NCBI GenBank assembly: GCA_048246715.1
Contig: DBFBCB010000037.1
Span: 17,703-81,702, forward strand
Direction: 5' to 3'
DNA length: 64,000 nt
From: Collinsella aerofaciens
Lineage (GTDB): Bacteria; Actinomycetota; Coriobacteriia; Coriobacteriales; Coriobacteriaceae
Positions 1 to 8,269 of the stretch are shown here, piece by piece. The stretch's first letter is position 1. Each line of letters starts with the position of its first letter. The notes under the pieces were generated by a model that saw nothing but the letters and a program-made list of their open reading frames with translations, made no database searches and was not told the origin of the DNA. Both the position numbers and the translations under genes were made by a program.

Positions 1-1
1 T

Positions 2-754
2 CGCAATAAGATTGCCGCGCTTCGTCGCGAGCTCAAGCAGGTTGAACAGCGTCGCGATGTCCAGTCCAAGAGCCGCATTGAGTCACCGGCGTTTCGCGTC
101 GCGTTAGCCGGTTATACCAATGCCGGTAAATCGACGTTGCTCAATCGCCTGACCGGCTCTACGGTACTTTCGCAGGACAAGCTGTTTGCTACGCTCGACC
201 CGACGACGCGTTCGTATCGCCTGCCCGGCGGTCGCGGCATGACGATTACCGATACCGTTGGCTTTATTCAAAAGCTACCGCATGGTCTCGTTGATGCCTT
301 TAAGTCCACGCTGTCTGAGGTTCTTGGTGCCGATCTGATCCTTAAAGTTGTGGATGCCTCTGACGAGGACTACGAGCGCCAGCTCGAGGCAGTCGATCGC
401 GTTCTTGACGAGATCGGTGCCGGCGAGCGTTTGACGCTTACGGTGTTCAATAAAATCGATCTTCTCGATAGCGTTGATCGATTGAGTTTCCGTCGTCGCT
501 ATCCCGAGGCCGTGCTGTTCTCGGCCCAGACGGGCGAGGGACTTGACGATCTCGTCGACCGTATTGCTCGTGAGGCGGCTGCCACCGATGTGTTGCTCTC
601 CGCTGATATCCCGTATCGCGAGGGCGCCCTCATCACGCTGGTGCATGAACAGGGAACCCTTCTGCACGAGGAATATCTTGAGGGCGGCGTTCGTATTGTT
701 GCGAAGCTGCCGGCTCGTATCGCGCCGCGGCTCAAGCGTTATCGCACCGAGTAG
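2..754 (+). CDS. hflX: GTPase HflX, C-terminal part (5' end lies upstream of the window)
   Basis: The frame is open from nt 2. G-domain motifs GYTNAGKSTLLN, DTVGF and NKID are present in the translation. Confidence 0.9.
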   Translation, partial: RNKIAALRRELKQVEQRRDVQSKSRIESPAFRVALAGYTNAGKSTLLNRLTGSTVLSQDKLFATLDPTTRSYRLPGGRGMTITDTVGFIQKLPHGLVDAFKSTLSEVLGADLILKVVDASDEDYERQLEAVDRVLDEIGAGERLTLTVFNKIDLLDSVDRLSFRRRYPEAVLFSAQTGEGLDDLVDRIAREAAATDVLLSADIPYREGALITLVHEQGTLLHEEYLEGGVRIVAKLPARIAPRLKRYRTE

Positions 755-1443
755 ACGAGCTCCAAAAAGCCCAGAATAATGGGCTGATGCAGCAGATAAA
801 AGGGGAGTGCATGACGTCCAAGGCTGGCGAGCGCCGGGACGGGATTGGCGTAGGCCCAGCTTGGGGCGGGATGTTCACATCTTTGAGCGGTGCGCGCAGC
901 AAAGTATCCTGTGAGGTACATGAATATAAACGGGATGATTGGATAATAGTCGCCTGAAACGAACCAGGGGCCGGGAAATCCTAGCCACGCCAAATAGGGG
1001 AATGAATAGGTCGATTTCGGGATGCCCCATGTCGCTGCGAAGAGAGCGAGGCATATCGCAATGCCCCACGTGCTAGGCACTTTCTTAAGCATCGGTCGTG
1101 CTACGGCTGCCACAGCGGTACACGCCGCCATGCAATAAATGATGCCAAAGTTCACTGAATCGTCGACCGATACGAGCGTTGTTGCAATCCAGACGACCAA
1201 AGCTGCGGCAGCGTATTTGGCCGCTCGTTTGGCATTGTTGCGTGAGAGCGTGCACATCCAACCCGCGATAAACAAAAATACCCAGCTGATGCTGGCGCGC
1301 CAGATGTCTTGAAAGACAGTCTGGGTAAACCAGGGCATATCCCAGTCGTACAGGTAGGCGAGATCGTAGCAAGCGTGAAAACCTGCCATTGAAATCATCG
1401 TAAACCCGCGGACGGTATCAAAGATGGTGATGCGTTTTTGCAT
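739..1443 (-). CDS. polytopic membrane protein, DUF1624 / heparan-alpha-glucosaminide N-acetyltransferase-like
   Basis: 234-aa ORF. The N-terminal ITIFDTVRGFTMISMAGFH motif and many hydrophobic segments fit the family. The family call is from memory. Confidence 0.55.
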   Translation of the reverse strand: MQKRITIFDTVRGFTMISMAGFHACYDLAYLYDWDMPWFTQTVFQDIWRASISWVFLFIAGWMCTLSRNNAKRAAKYAAAALVVWIATTLVSVDDSVNFGIIYCMAACTAVAAVARPMLKKVPSTWGIAICLALFAATWGIPKSTYSFPYLAWLGFPGPWFVSGDYYPIIPFIFMYLTGYFAARTAQRCEHPAPSWAYANPVPALASLGRHALPFYLLHQPIILGFLELVYSVR

Positions 1444-2087
1444 TACGAGAACCGGCGCATCAAGCCGACGACTTTGCCCAAGATAACGGGATTCGTTGCA
1501 TAGATAGGCTCCATGGTGTCATTCTCGGGCTGCAGGCGTACGCGTCCCTGCTCCTTGTAGAACGTCTTGACGGTCGCTGAACCATCAATCATGGCCACGA
1601 CAATTTCGCCGTTCATGGCACTCTTTTGTTCACGGACGATGATGTAATCGCCATTGAAGATGCCGACATTGATCATTGAGCTCCCATGCACCTCAAGGAT
1701 AAAGGAACCCTGATCGGTGGCGATTTCGGTCGGGATAGTAAAAGTGTCTTCGATATTCTGCTCGGCCAGAATGGGAATCCCAGCCGCGACGCGACCAACG
1801 AGCGGTAGCGAGACCGTTCCGCGAGGTGCGGTGGGCTCGTCAGATTTAGAAATTGAGACAGAGGAACCGTCCTCGTTAAAGAGTTCCAGGGCGCGCGGTT
1901 TGGTGGCATCGCGCTTGAGTAGCCCGCGCGCCTCCAGGGCAGATAGATGGGCGTGCACGGTGCTGGGGGAGGAAAGGCCCACGGCAGAAGCCATCTCGCG
2001 CACGCTGGGCGGATAACCCTTCTCCTGCTGATATTCCTTGATGAAGTCGTAAATTTGCTGCTGACGCTTGGTAATTTTGCGAGCCAT
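1443..2087 (-). CDS. lexA: LexA repressor
   Basis: Start trimmed to ATG 2087 (MARKITKRQQQIYDFI). Winged-HTH N-terminus, then an S24 peptidase part (GSSM ... KTFYK). SOS boxes lie upstream. Confidence 0.93.
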   Translation of the reverse strand: MARKITKRQQQIYDFIKEYQQEKGYPPSVREMASAVGLSSPSTVHAHLSALEARGLLKRDATKPRALELFNEDGSSVSISKSDEPTAPRGTVSLPLVGRVAAGIPILAEQNIEDTFTIPTEIATDQGSFILEVHGSSMINVGIFNGDYIIVREQKSAMNGEIVVAMIDGSATVKTFYKEQGRVRLQPENDTMEPIYATNPVILGKVVGLMRRFS

Positions 2088-2111
2088 CAGGGCATCCTCT
2101 CTACCCATGTC

Positions 2112-2123
2112 AAACAAATGTTC
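2112..2123. promoter_or_regulatory. degenerate LexA box (AAACAAATGTTC)
   Basis: One mismatch to the GAAC-N4-GTTC Cheo-type consensus. Lies just upstream of the lexA start. Confidence 0.4.
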
Positions 2124-2132
2124 GAATTTTGC

Positions 2133-2160
2133 TTGACAGGAACAACTGTTCGAAGATAAT
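2133..2160 (+). promoter_or_regulatory. sigma-70-like promoter TTGACA-N16-GATAAT facing the LysM gene
   Basis: TTGACA at 2133-2138 and GATAAT at 2155-2160. A LexA box lies in the spacer. Confidence 0.5.
2140..2151. promoter_or_regulatory. LexA operator (SOS/Cheo box GAACAACTGTTC)
   Basis: Perfect GAAC-N4-GTTC palindrome in the lexA / LysM-gene intergenic region. Confidence 0.75.
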
Positions 2161-2167
2161 AATAACC

Positions 2168-2179
2168 GAACATTCGTTC
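2168..2179. promoter_or_regulatory. LexA operator (SOS/Cheo box GAACATTCGTTC)
   Basis: Perfect GAAC-N4-GTTC, just downstream of the -10 element. Confidence 0.75.
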
Positions 2180-2247
2180 TCGCGCTAGACATTTTTGTCC
2201 GCGCGGCTTGATAAAACTGTTCTCAGCAAAACACGCGAGAGGAGAAC

Positions 2248-2700
2248 ATGATGAACGCAACGAATATGGTCCAGGGAAACCTCGCCCTTAAGCTCGAGAC
2301 GTCTGCAGAATACACTTTTACGGTTGTTCAGGGTGGCCGCTCCGGCTTTCAGCCTTTGACCGTAAAGCCTGCTCGCAATCAGCAGGCTGTAGCCGCGCCG
2401 GGCCGCGTTGCCCTGAAGGTTCCGACGATTGTCGCCGTTGCCGTTGCGCTTACGCTCTTCTTTGTCCTCGCTACGTCGGTCTTTAGCGCTCGTCACGCCG
2501 CGTATGCCGAGTCCGTTTCCAACGTTACCTATGAGACCATTCGCGTTCAGTCTGGTGATTCTCTTTGGTCGCTTGCCGAGGAATATCCAATCGAAGGCCT
2601 TTCCACGCAAGAGACTTCCGACATGATCCGTAACGTCAATCATCTGGAGCATGGTTCGCTCGCCGCCGGTGCGCATCTTAAGGTTCCTGCTCGTTCGTAA
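2248..2700 (+). CDS. membrane-anchored LysM-domain protein, YneA/ChiZ/DivS-like candidate SOS cell-division inhibitor
   Basis: RBS GAGAGGAG. One TM segment (VPTIVAVAVALTLFFVLATSVF). C-terminal LysM (IRVQSGDSLWSLAEEY ... GAHLKVP). Divergent from lexA with shared SOS boxes. Confidence 0.7.
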   Translation: MMNATNMVQGNLALKLETSAEYTFTVVQGGRSGFQPLTVKPARNQQAVAAPGRVALKVPTIVAVAVALTLFFVLATSVFSARHAAYAESVSNVTYETIRVQSGDSLWSLAEEYPIEGLSTQETSDMIRNVNHLEHGSLAAGAHLKVPARS

Positions 2701-2751
2701 TCATTATCGCGCTGCGCATGGTACCCTTGTTATCGTTTAAGAGGAGGTACC

Positions 2752-3195
2752 ATGCGCTGTCCCAAATGCGGCAAGGCACATACCCGCGTCGTTGATTCCC
2801 GTATGCAGGAGTCAAATAACACCATTAAGCGTCGCCGCGAATGTTGCTCGTGTAACTATCGCTTTACAACGTTCGAACGATGCGAAGACCCAATCGAGGT
2901 CATTAAGTCGGACGGAACCAAGCAGCGGTTCGATCGCAATAAGCTGCTCGTCGGCTTGATGCGCGCCACTATCAAGCGCGATATCGACACTAAGAAGCTC
3001 AATGAGATTATCGATGACATCGAGGTCGAGCTGCGCTCTCGCACGCTGACGGCCGTTACGTCCCATGAGTTGGGTGACATGGTACTCAAGCGCTTGGCCA
3101 AGATCGACAAGGTGGCGTACATCCGCTTTGCCTCGGTCTACCGCGATTTCAAAGACGTCGATGAGTTTCTGCAAGAGCTCGACAAGCTAAGGTGA
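2752..3195 (+). CDS. nrdR: transcriptional repressor NrdR
   Basis: MRCPKCG...[13 protein letters not shown] zinc ribbon followed by an ATP-cone. Confidence 0.93.
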   Translation: MRCPKCGKAHTRVVDSRMQESNNTIKRRRECCSCNYRFTTFERCEDPIEVIKSDGTKQRFDRNKLLVGLMRATIKRDIDTKKLNEIIDDIEVELRSRTLTAVTSHELGDMVLKRLAKIDKVAYIRFASVYRDFKDVDEFLQELDKLR

Positions 3196-3199
3196 TTCC

Positions 3200-3643
3200 A
3201 TGTCCAACATTACCGTCAACATAAAGCGTCTCGACCCCACCGTCGAGCTTCCCAAATACGCCCATCCCACCGATGCCGGCTTGGATCTGCGCTCCAACGA
3301 GGACTGCGTCCTGAAGCCCTTCGAACGCCGTCTGGTCTCTACTGGGCTGGCCATCGCCCTGCCCGACGGTTACGCCGGCTTCGTCCAGCCCCGCAGCGGC
3401 TTGGCCATCAAGCAGGGCCTGTCTATAGTCAACACGCCGGGCCTCATCGACGCCCACTACCGAGGAGAACTCAAGGTTATCCTCATCAACCTGGATCCCT
3501 CCAACAACATCAAAATCAACAAAGGCGACCGCATAGCCCAACTCGTCATCCAAGAAGTCCCCACGGTCAACCTCATAGAGGTAAACGAGCTAGACAAAAC
3601 CGACCGAGGCAACGGAGGCTTCGGCTCCAGCGGCGTCGCCTAG
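3200..3643 (+). CDS. dut: dUTP diphosphatase
   Basis: Motifs [21 protein letters not shown] and the C-terminal [10 protein letters not shown]. Confidence 0.93.
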   Translation: MSNITVNIKRLDPTVELPKYAHPTDAGLDLRSNEDCVLKPFERRLVSTGLAIALPDGYAGFVQPRSGLAIKQGLSIVNTPGLIDAHYRGELKVILINLDPSNNIKINKGDRIAQLVIQEVPTVNLIEVNELDKTDRGNGGFGSSGVA

Positions 3644-3659
3644 GGCGCTCGTATCCCTC

Positions 3660-3760
3660 CCGCCCGGGGCTTACCTATATCATTCCATGCTCAAACATTC
3701 TCGCGTCGCTTCGCTCGCTGCGAAACTGCGCGTGGAACGATATAGGTAAGCCCCGGGCGG
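3660..3760. repeat. palindromic element A (22-bp arms, 57-nt core)
   Basis: CGCCCGGGGCTTACCTATATC at 3660-3681 pairs with 3739-3760. The core is shared, inverted, with element B. Confidence 0.8.
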
Positions 3761-3799
3761 GCGGCTACTCGCTTGAAAATAATAATCATTCTTTCTGAT

Positions 3800-3841
3800 A
3801 AGCCGATGCGACAAAGGGTTGGATCCTTTGTCGCATCGGCT
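3800..3841. terminator. hairpin AGCCGATGCGACAAAGG / CCTTTGTCGCATCGGCT, candidate bidirectional terminator
   Basis: 17-bp perfect stem. T-rich tract on the plus side and A-rich tract before it. Confidence 0.5.
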
Positions 3842-3922
3842 TGCTGTATCTTTATTTTCCGGTTTCGCCTTTGCAGGTTCTAGTGGTGGGGAATCTGGTA
3901 TATCTGCTAGTACGTTAACGCA

Positions 3923-4026
3923 GCTTACCTGTGGGAGGCCCCTATATATCGTCCCACGCGCAGTTTCGCAGCGCAGCGAGAATGTTTGAGCATGGGATGA
4001 TATATAGGGGCCTCCCACAGGTAAGC
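3923..4026. repeat. palindromic element B (28-bp arms, 48-nt core)
   Basis: GCTTACCTGTGGGAGGCCCCTATATATC at 3923-3950 pairs with 3999-4026. The core is the reverse complement of the element A core. Confidence 0.8.
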
Positions 4027-4039
4027 GGACAGTCCAATG

Positions 4040-5341
4040 CTAGCGGATATGCGCGGGTTTTTCGCCCCAGTAGAAGCGGCAGAAGGCTCGTTTGCGCTTT
4101 TGGGGCTTGCCTACGAGCTCCATGGTTGCGATGGCGATGTCCTCGGCTGCGCGTGGACGGCGCAGCACTTCGCCATTGATGAGCAGTGCCTTGAGCGACT
4201 CGGGATGATCGTGGAGATGGCGTAACGTCACGATGAGTTCTCGTGCGGTGGTGACATGCATGCTGGCGCCCATGCCGGTGAGCATCGTGGTGTTGGCCTT
4301 TTCTTGACCGTATGATTTGCCCAGCAGGATCATCGGTAGATGCGCGCACAGGCACTCGGTGACGGTGAGCCCGCCCGATTTGAGGATTGCCAGGTCGCAG
4401 CCGTGCATGAGGGCCGCCATGTCGTCCACGTAGTCCAGAACCGTGACGTTTTCGAGCTTCATGGCGTCGAAGAGCGTCTTGAGGCGGGTGGCGTATTCCT
4501 TATCCTTGCCCGGCAAAAAGACAAAATGCATGTCCTCAAAGCTGCGCAGGAAGGGGAGTGTGTGGTCCATCGCCGCGCGAAAGCGGACGTACGGTTGAGG
4601 CAAGCTGGCACCGGCCATTACCAGCACGACGGTCTTGTCGATGGGGAGATTGAACTTGCTCAACTCATCTTCGCGTTTGTAATCTGAATCGAAACCGGCT
4701 CGGATGGGGATGCCCGTTATGCGGATCTTTGACTCGGTAACCTTGCGCGGGCGCAGCGTTTCGGCCATAAACTCGTTGGCCACACAGAATAGATCGGTGT
4801 CCTTGTGGGGCCACCAGCCCTCGACTTCGTAGTCGGTCGGGACGCAGATGACCGGATAATCGATACCTGTAATTACGCGGGCGCCCACGGCAACGTTGGC
4901 TGCCGTGATGTGCGTTGCGACCACGGCTATGGGCCTGCGGTTACGAATATATTCGTTGAAGGCGGGGAACATAATTCGCGACCATGCCGTGCCGCCACCC
5001 CAGAGAAGATGTCCCGTAAGCGTATATCGCCAGGTCAGGTCGTAAATGGGGCGCGTGGCTCCCGTAAAAGAAGCCGCGGTCTTATTGCCGTCGAATTTAA
5101 TACGTCCAAAATCAAGGATATCGAGCACTTCAATCTCAACATCCTCGGGGACGCCATTGGTGCCGCGGACGAGGTCGAATGCCTGCGCAATCGCATTTGC
5201 GGCGGCCTTGTGGCCCGAGCCGACCGAGGCATGCACGATGGTCACGAGGGGTTTTTGCTGAGCCAAGAGCGTGGTTTGCTCCGATTGGGGAGTGCTGTGC
5301 GTGATCAGGGGAGCGTCGTCGCTCGTCTGCGTCTGATCCAT
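4040..5341 (-). CDS. GT28 MGDG-synthase/UgtP-like diacylglycerol glycosyltransferase
   Basis: N-terminal VTIVHASVGSGHKAAANAIAQAF motif of the MGDG-synthase domain. Start trimmed to MDQTQ (RBS AAGGGGA). Confidence 0.8.
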   Translation of the reverse strand: MDQTQTSDDAPLITHSTPQSEQTTLLAQQKPLVTIVHASVGSGHKAAANAIAQAFDLVRGTNGVPEDVEIEVLDILDFGRIKFDGNKTAASFTGATRPIYDLTWRYTLTGHLLWGGGTAWSRIMFPAFNEYIRNRRPIAVVATHITAANVAVGARVITGIDYPVICVPTDYEVEGWWPHKDTDLFCVANEFMAETLRPRKVTESKIRITGIPIRAGFDSDYKREDELSKFNLPIDKTVVLVMAGASLPQPYVRFRAAMDHTLPFLRSFEDMHFVFLPGKDKEYATRLKTLFDAMKLENVTVLDYVDDMAALMHGCDLAILKSGGLTVTECLCAHLPMILLGKSYGQEKANTTMLTGMGASMHVTTARELIVTLRHLHDHPESLKALLINGEVLRRPRAAEDIAIATMELVGKPQKRKRAFCRFYWGEKPAHIR

Positions 5342-5459
5342 CGATAACTCCCCTTCGACGTTGTAACACGGATTTATCATTGTAGTGCATGAGTGTCACG
5401 TTCACGTTAATTTGGGTATGAGCGCAAAGAACGACAACGTTTCGACGAGAGGACTCTTC

Positions 5460-6398
5460 ATGATTACCGATCAGACAATCGATGTTGCGATTATCGGCGG
5501 CGGCCCCGCGGGCTATGCTGCCGCCATTTATGCGGCGCGCGCCAACCTTACGACGACTGTCCTTGAGCAGGGTATGTCTGGCGGACAGATTGCTACATCC
5601 AACGAGATTGAGAATTATCCTGGTATTCCACTGCTGAGCGGCGCCGAACTTGGTGAGCGGTTCCAACAGCATGCTGAAGGCCTGGGGGCCCAGGTTAAAT
5701 GGAGTATGGTGACAGGCGTCGATTACGATGCCGATGCGGCTCAATTTACCATCCATCATGATATGGGCGACACAGCGGCCAAGAGCGTCATTGCGTGCAT
5801 GGGCGCCACGCCGCGTCCTGCGGGTTTTATTGGCGAGGACACGTATCGCGGTCGTGGCGTTTCATATTGCGCAACATGTGACGGCATGTTTTTCCGTGGC
5901 AAGCAGGTTTTTGTAATCGGTGGTGGCAATTCGGCATGCGAAGAGGCGCTGTTCCTGGCTGACATTGCCAGCAGTGTGACCATCGTGCTGCGCCGCGACC
6001 AGTTCCGTGCGCCCGATGGTGTTGTTCAGAAAGTACTCGCAAAGGACAATATTACAGTTAGGTACCAAACTAGTATTGTGGAGCTATCGGGCGAAGTCAT
6101 GCCAACGACGATTACCTTTAAGAACAATGCATCCGGCGAGACTCATACCGAGTCATTTGAGCCCGGCTCGTTTGGTATCTTTGTCTTTACCGGAACGCAA
6201 CCCCATACCGAGCTTGTTGAGCATCTAGTCGATCTGGCGCCTGATGGCGGCATTTTGACTGATGAATCCATGGCGACCCGCACGCCAGGTCTATTTGCCG
6301 CTGGCGATATCCGTTCCAAGCGTTTACGCCAAGTTGTGACCGCCGTTTCTGATGGAGCCATAGCGGCAACCAGCGCATACGCATTTCTCCGTGGATAA
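5460..6398 (+). CDS. trxB: thioredoxin-disulfide reductase
   Basis: DVAIIGGGPAGYAAAIYAAR FAD motif, CATCDG redox centre and GGGNSA NADPH motif. Start at MITDQ with RBS GAGAGGA. Confidence 0.92.
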   Translation: MITDQTIDVAIIGGGPAGYAAAIYAARANLTTTVLEQGMSGGQIATSNEIENYPGIPLLSGAELGERFQQHAEGLGAQVKWSMVTGVDYDADAAQFTIHHDMGDTAAKSVIACMGATPRPAGFIGEDTYRGRGVSYCATCDGMFFRGKQVFVIGGGNSACEEALFLADIASSVTIVLRRDQFRAPDGVVQKVLAKDNITVRYQTSIVELSGEVMPTTITFKNNASGETHTESFEPGSFGIFVFTGTQPHTELVEHLVDLAPDGGILTDESMATRTPGLFAAGDIRSKRLRQVVTAVSDGAIAATSAYAFLRG

Positions 6399-6440
6399 GT
6401 ACGATAATATATCTTATGTAAGGCTGCTATCTTTAAAACA

Positions 6441-6485
6441 AAGTGGTTGGACGGTGCATCAATGTGCTGTCCAACCACTTTTACT
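6441..6485 (+). terminator. rho-independent terminator after trxB
   Basis: AAGTGGTTGGAC ... GTCCAACCACTT stem followed by a T-rich tail. Confidence 0.6.
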
Positions 6486-6553
6486 TGCCGGCTATATGGT
6501 ATGCAAAACTAGATAACCTAGAATACAATATAGCTAATGAACGGAGGATCCTT

Positions 6554-7165
6554 ATGAACCACGCCAAACGCGTTATCCCGATGTCCGATACATCGGTCAG
6601 CATTAAGCCTGAGGATATTCAGCCCACTGTGCTGCCCGATGCATTTATTCAGTCCGATATCGTGCGCAAACTTAATACGTTGAGTCTGCCGCGCTATAAC
6701 CAGTTGCCCAATGTGACGCTCTACCGCGACCAGGTTATTGAGTATGTTGCGCTGTGGATGGAGCCGCTGTCCATTTGCGTTGAGCAGCCTGTCATTACGC
6801 CATCGATGATCAATAACTACGTGAAGGTCGGCCTGGTGCCTGCTCCGGTCAAAAAGCAATATGGCCGCGAGCAGATTGCCCGCCTGATCGCTATCTGCAT
6901 CTTTAAGCAGGTGCTACCTATTGCTGCGGTGCAGGCACTCTTTAACATTCAGCGTTTGAGCTACGATGCCCCGACGGCCTTTGATTATGTGGTCGATCAG
7001 CTCGAGGCATCGATTCGTTCGGCGTTTTCCGTCGAGCAGACGCCGGTTCCCGATACGGCGCATCAGGTAACGCGTGAGTCGCTGCTTGTGCGCAGCGCGG
7101 TTTCATCCTTTGTTTCGAAGGCTTACTTGATGAGCTATCTCAAGTTCAACGGGTTTAATAGCTAG
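6554..7165 (+). CDS. DUF1836 (YkrK-family) putative DNA-binding protein
   Basis: ITPSMINNYVKVGLVPAPVKKQYGREQIARLIAICIFKQVL signature. RBS GGAGGA 6 nt before ATG 6554. Convergent with a DegV gene. Confidence 0.7.
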   Translation: MNHAKRVIPMSDTSVSIKPEDIQPTVLPDAFIQSDIVRKLNTLSLPRYNQLPNVTLYRDQVIEYVALWMEPLSICVEQPVITPSMINNYVKVGLVPAPVKKQYGREQIARLIAICIFKQVLPIAAVQALFNIQRLSYDAPTAFDYVVDQLEASIRSAFSVEQTPVPDTAHQVTRESLLVRSAVSSFVSKAYLMSYLKFNGFNS

Positions 7166-7175
7166 CCGACGTATA

Positions 7176-7227
7176 AAACGGGCGGGACAAAGAGCCATCT
7201 GTCGCTTTGTCCCGCCCGTTTTTTTGC
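7176..7227. terminator. bidirectional terminator between the DUF1836 and degV genes
   Basis: AAAACGGGCGGGACAAAG ... CTTTGTCCCGCCCGTTTTTTT. Confidence 0.75.
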
Positions 7228-7238
7228 TTGGTTGGACT

Positions 7239-8105
7239 TTATTTGCCCGAAGCTACGCCCATGCCGTAGCCGATGATCAGGCCGTGCATCTCGGCGTAAT
7301 AGGAATCCAGGCCGTTGCAGGGCATGATGATGGTCTTGGAGCCGGGCCAATGTTCGACTATGCGATCAGTAAGCGCCTGGGCTCCAGCTTCGTTCTCAAC
7401 GTGATCGATGATGACCTCACCGCCCGTAAAGCCCTCGGCTTCCATAGTGTCGATGATCTTGTTGAGCATCTTCTTTTCGCCACGCGTGTGCCCGACGAGT
7501 TCGATTTTACCGGCCTCACTCGCCGTGCCCAAAATGCGGATATTGAGCTTGTTGGCAATGACGCCGGCTGCCTTAGGGATACGTCCGGCTTTGGCGAGGT
7601 TTTCGTAATTGCACAAACTGAAGAGGATTTTGCTGTTCTGTTCAAGGCTATCGAAGTATGCGCAAGCATCCTCGAATGAGACATTCGGATTGCTTGCAAG
7701 ATAGCGGTCGAACAGCAAGAAAATGAGGTCCATTTTGCCGCCAGCTGCGCGTGAATTGACTAGATGAATCTGCCGGTCGGGCTCCTCGGCAAGAACCATA
7801 TCGCGAGCCGTGGCTGCCGCGTTGTAGCTGCCCGACACGCCCTCAGAGATCGGCATGCAGATGGTCTTGTCTGCCAATTTGAAGAGCTCGGCCCACTCCC
7901 CCACGCTGGGACAAGCGCTCGAAGAGGCATTCGTCTCCGCCTGAACAGCGCAGTTGAGCTCATGAACATCAAGCGAAAGGTCATCGACGAATTCACGCTC
8001 CCCCACTCGAATTTTGAGGGGCGCAAATGCAAAGGTGGTATGGGGCGCGGTCGGTTGCCAATCGCGGAGGTTACAGCTTGAATCTGAGATAAGTGCCCAG
8101 CTCAT
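7239..8105 (-). CDS. DegV family fatty-acid-binding protein
   Basis: 288 aa. N-terminal ALISDSSCNL and overall DegV-like pattern. Confidence 0.85.
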   Translation of the reverse strand: MSWALISDSSCNLRDWQPTAPHTTFAFAPLKIRVGEREFVDDLSLDVHELNCAVQAETNASSSACPSVGEWAELFKLADKTICMPISEGVSGSYNAAATARDMVLAEEPDRQIHLVNSRAAGGKMDLIFLLFDRYLASNPNVSFEDACAYFDSLEQNSKILFSLCNYENLAKAGRIPKAAGVIANKLNIRILGTASEAGKIELVGHTRGEKKMLNKIIDTMEAEGFTGGEVIIDHVENEAGAQALTDRIVEHWPGSKTIIMPCNGLDSYYAEMHGLIIGYGMGVASGK

Positions 8106-8160
8106 AGAGGGTCCTTTCTAATTGTTCCCAAACAATTATAGCCTTCTTGCAGACCGATTG

Positions 8161-8195
8161 GGCCGCTATCTAGTATTCAAAACTAGATAGCGGCC
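8161..8195. promoter_or_regulatory. 14-bp-arm palindrome GGCCGCTATCTAGT-N7-ACTAGATAGCGGCC upstream of degV
   Basis: Perfect inverted repeat with no flanking T-run. Shares AACTAGATA with 6504-6526. Confidence 0.35.
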
Positions 8196-8269
8196 TGCAC
8201 TAAAGGCAAAAGAATGGACCCCATGACTAAAAGCCACGAGGTCCATATCCGCTTGCTTTATCTGAATAC

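Noticed and set aside
3660-4026. Repeated palindromes considered as a CRISPR array. I also scanned the whole window for regularly spaced repeats.
   Set aside because: Only two copies exist, in opposite orientation and with different arms. There is no repeat-spacer periodicity anywhere in the window and there are no cas genes.
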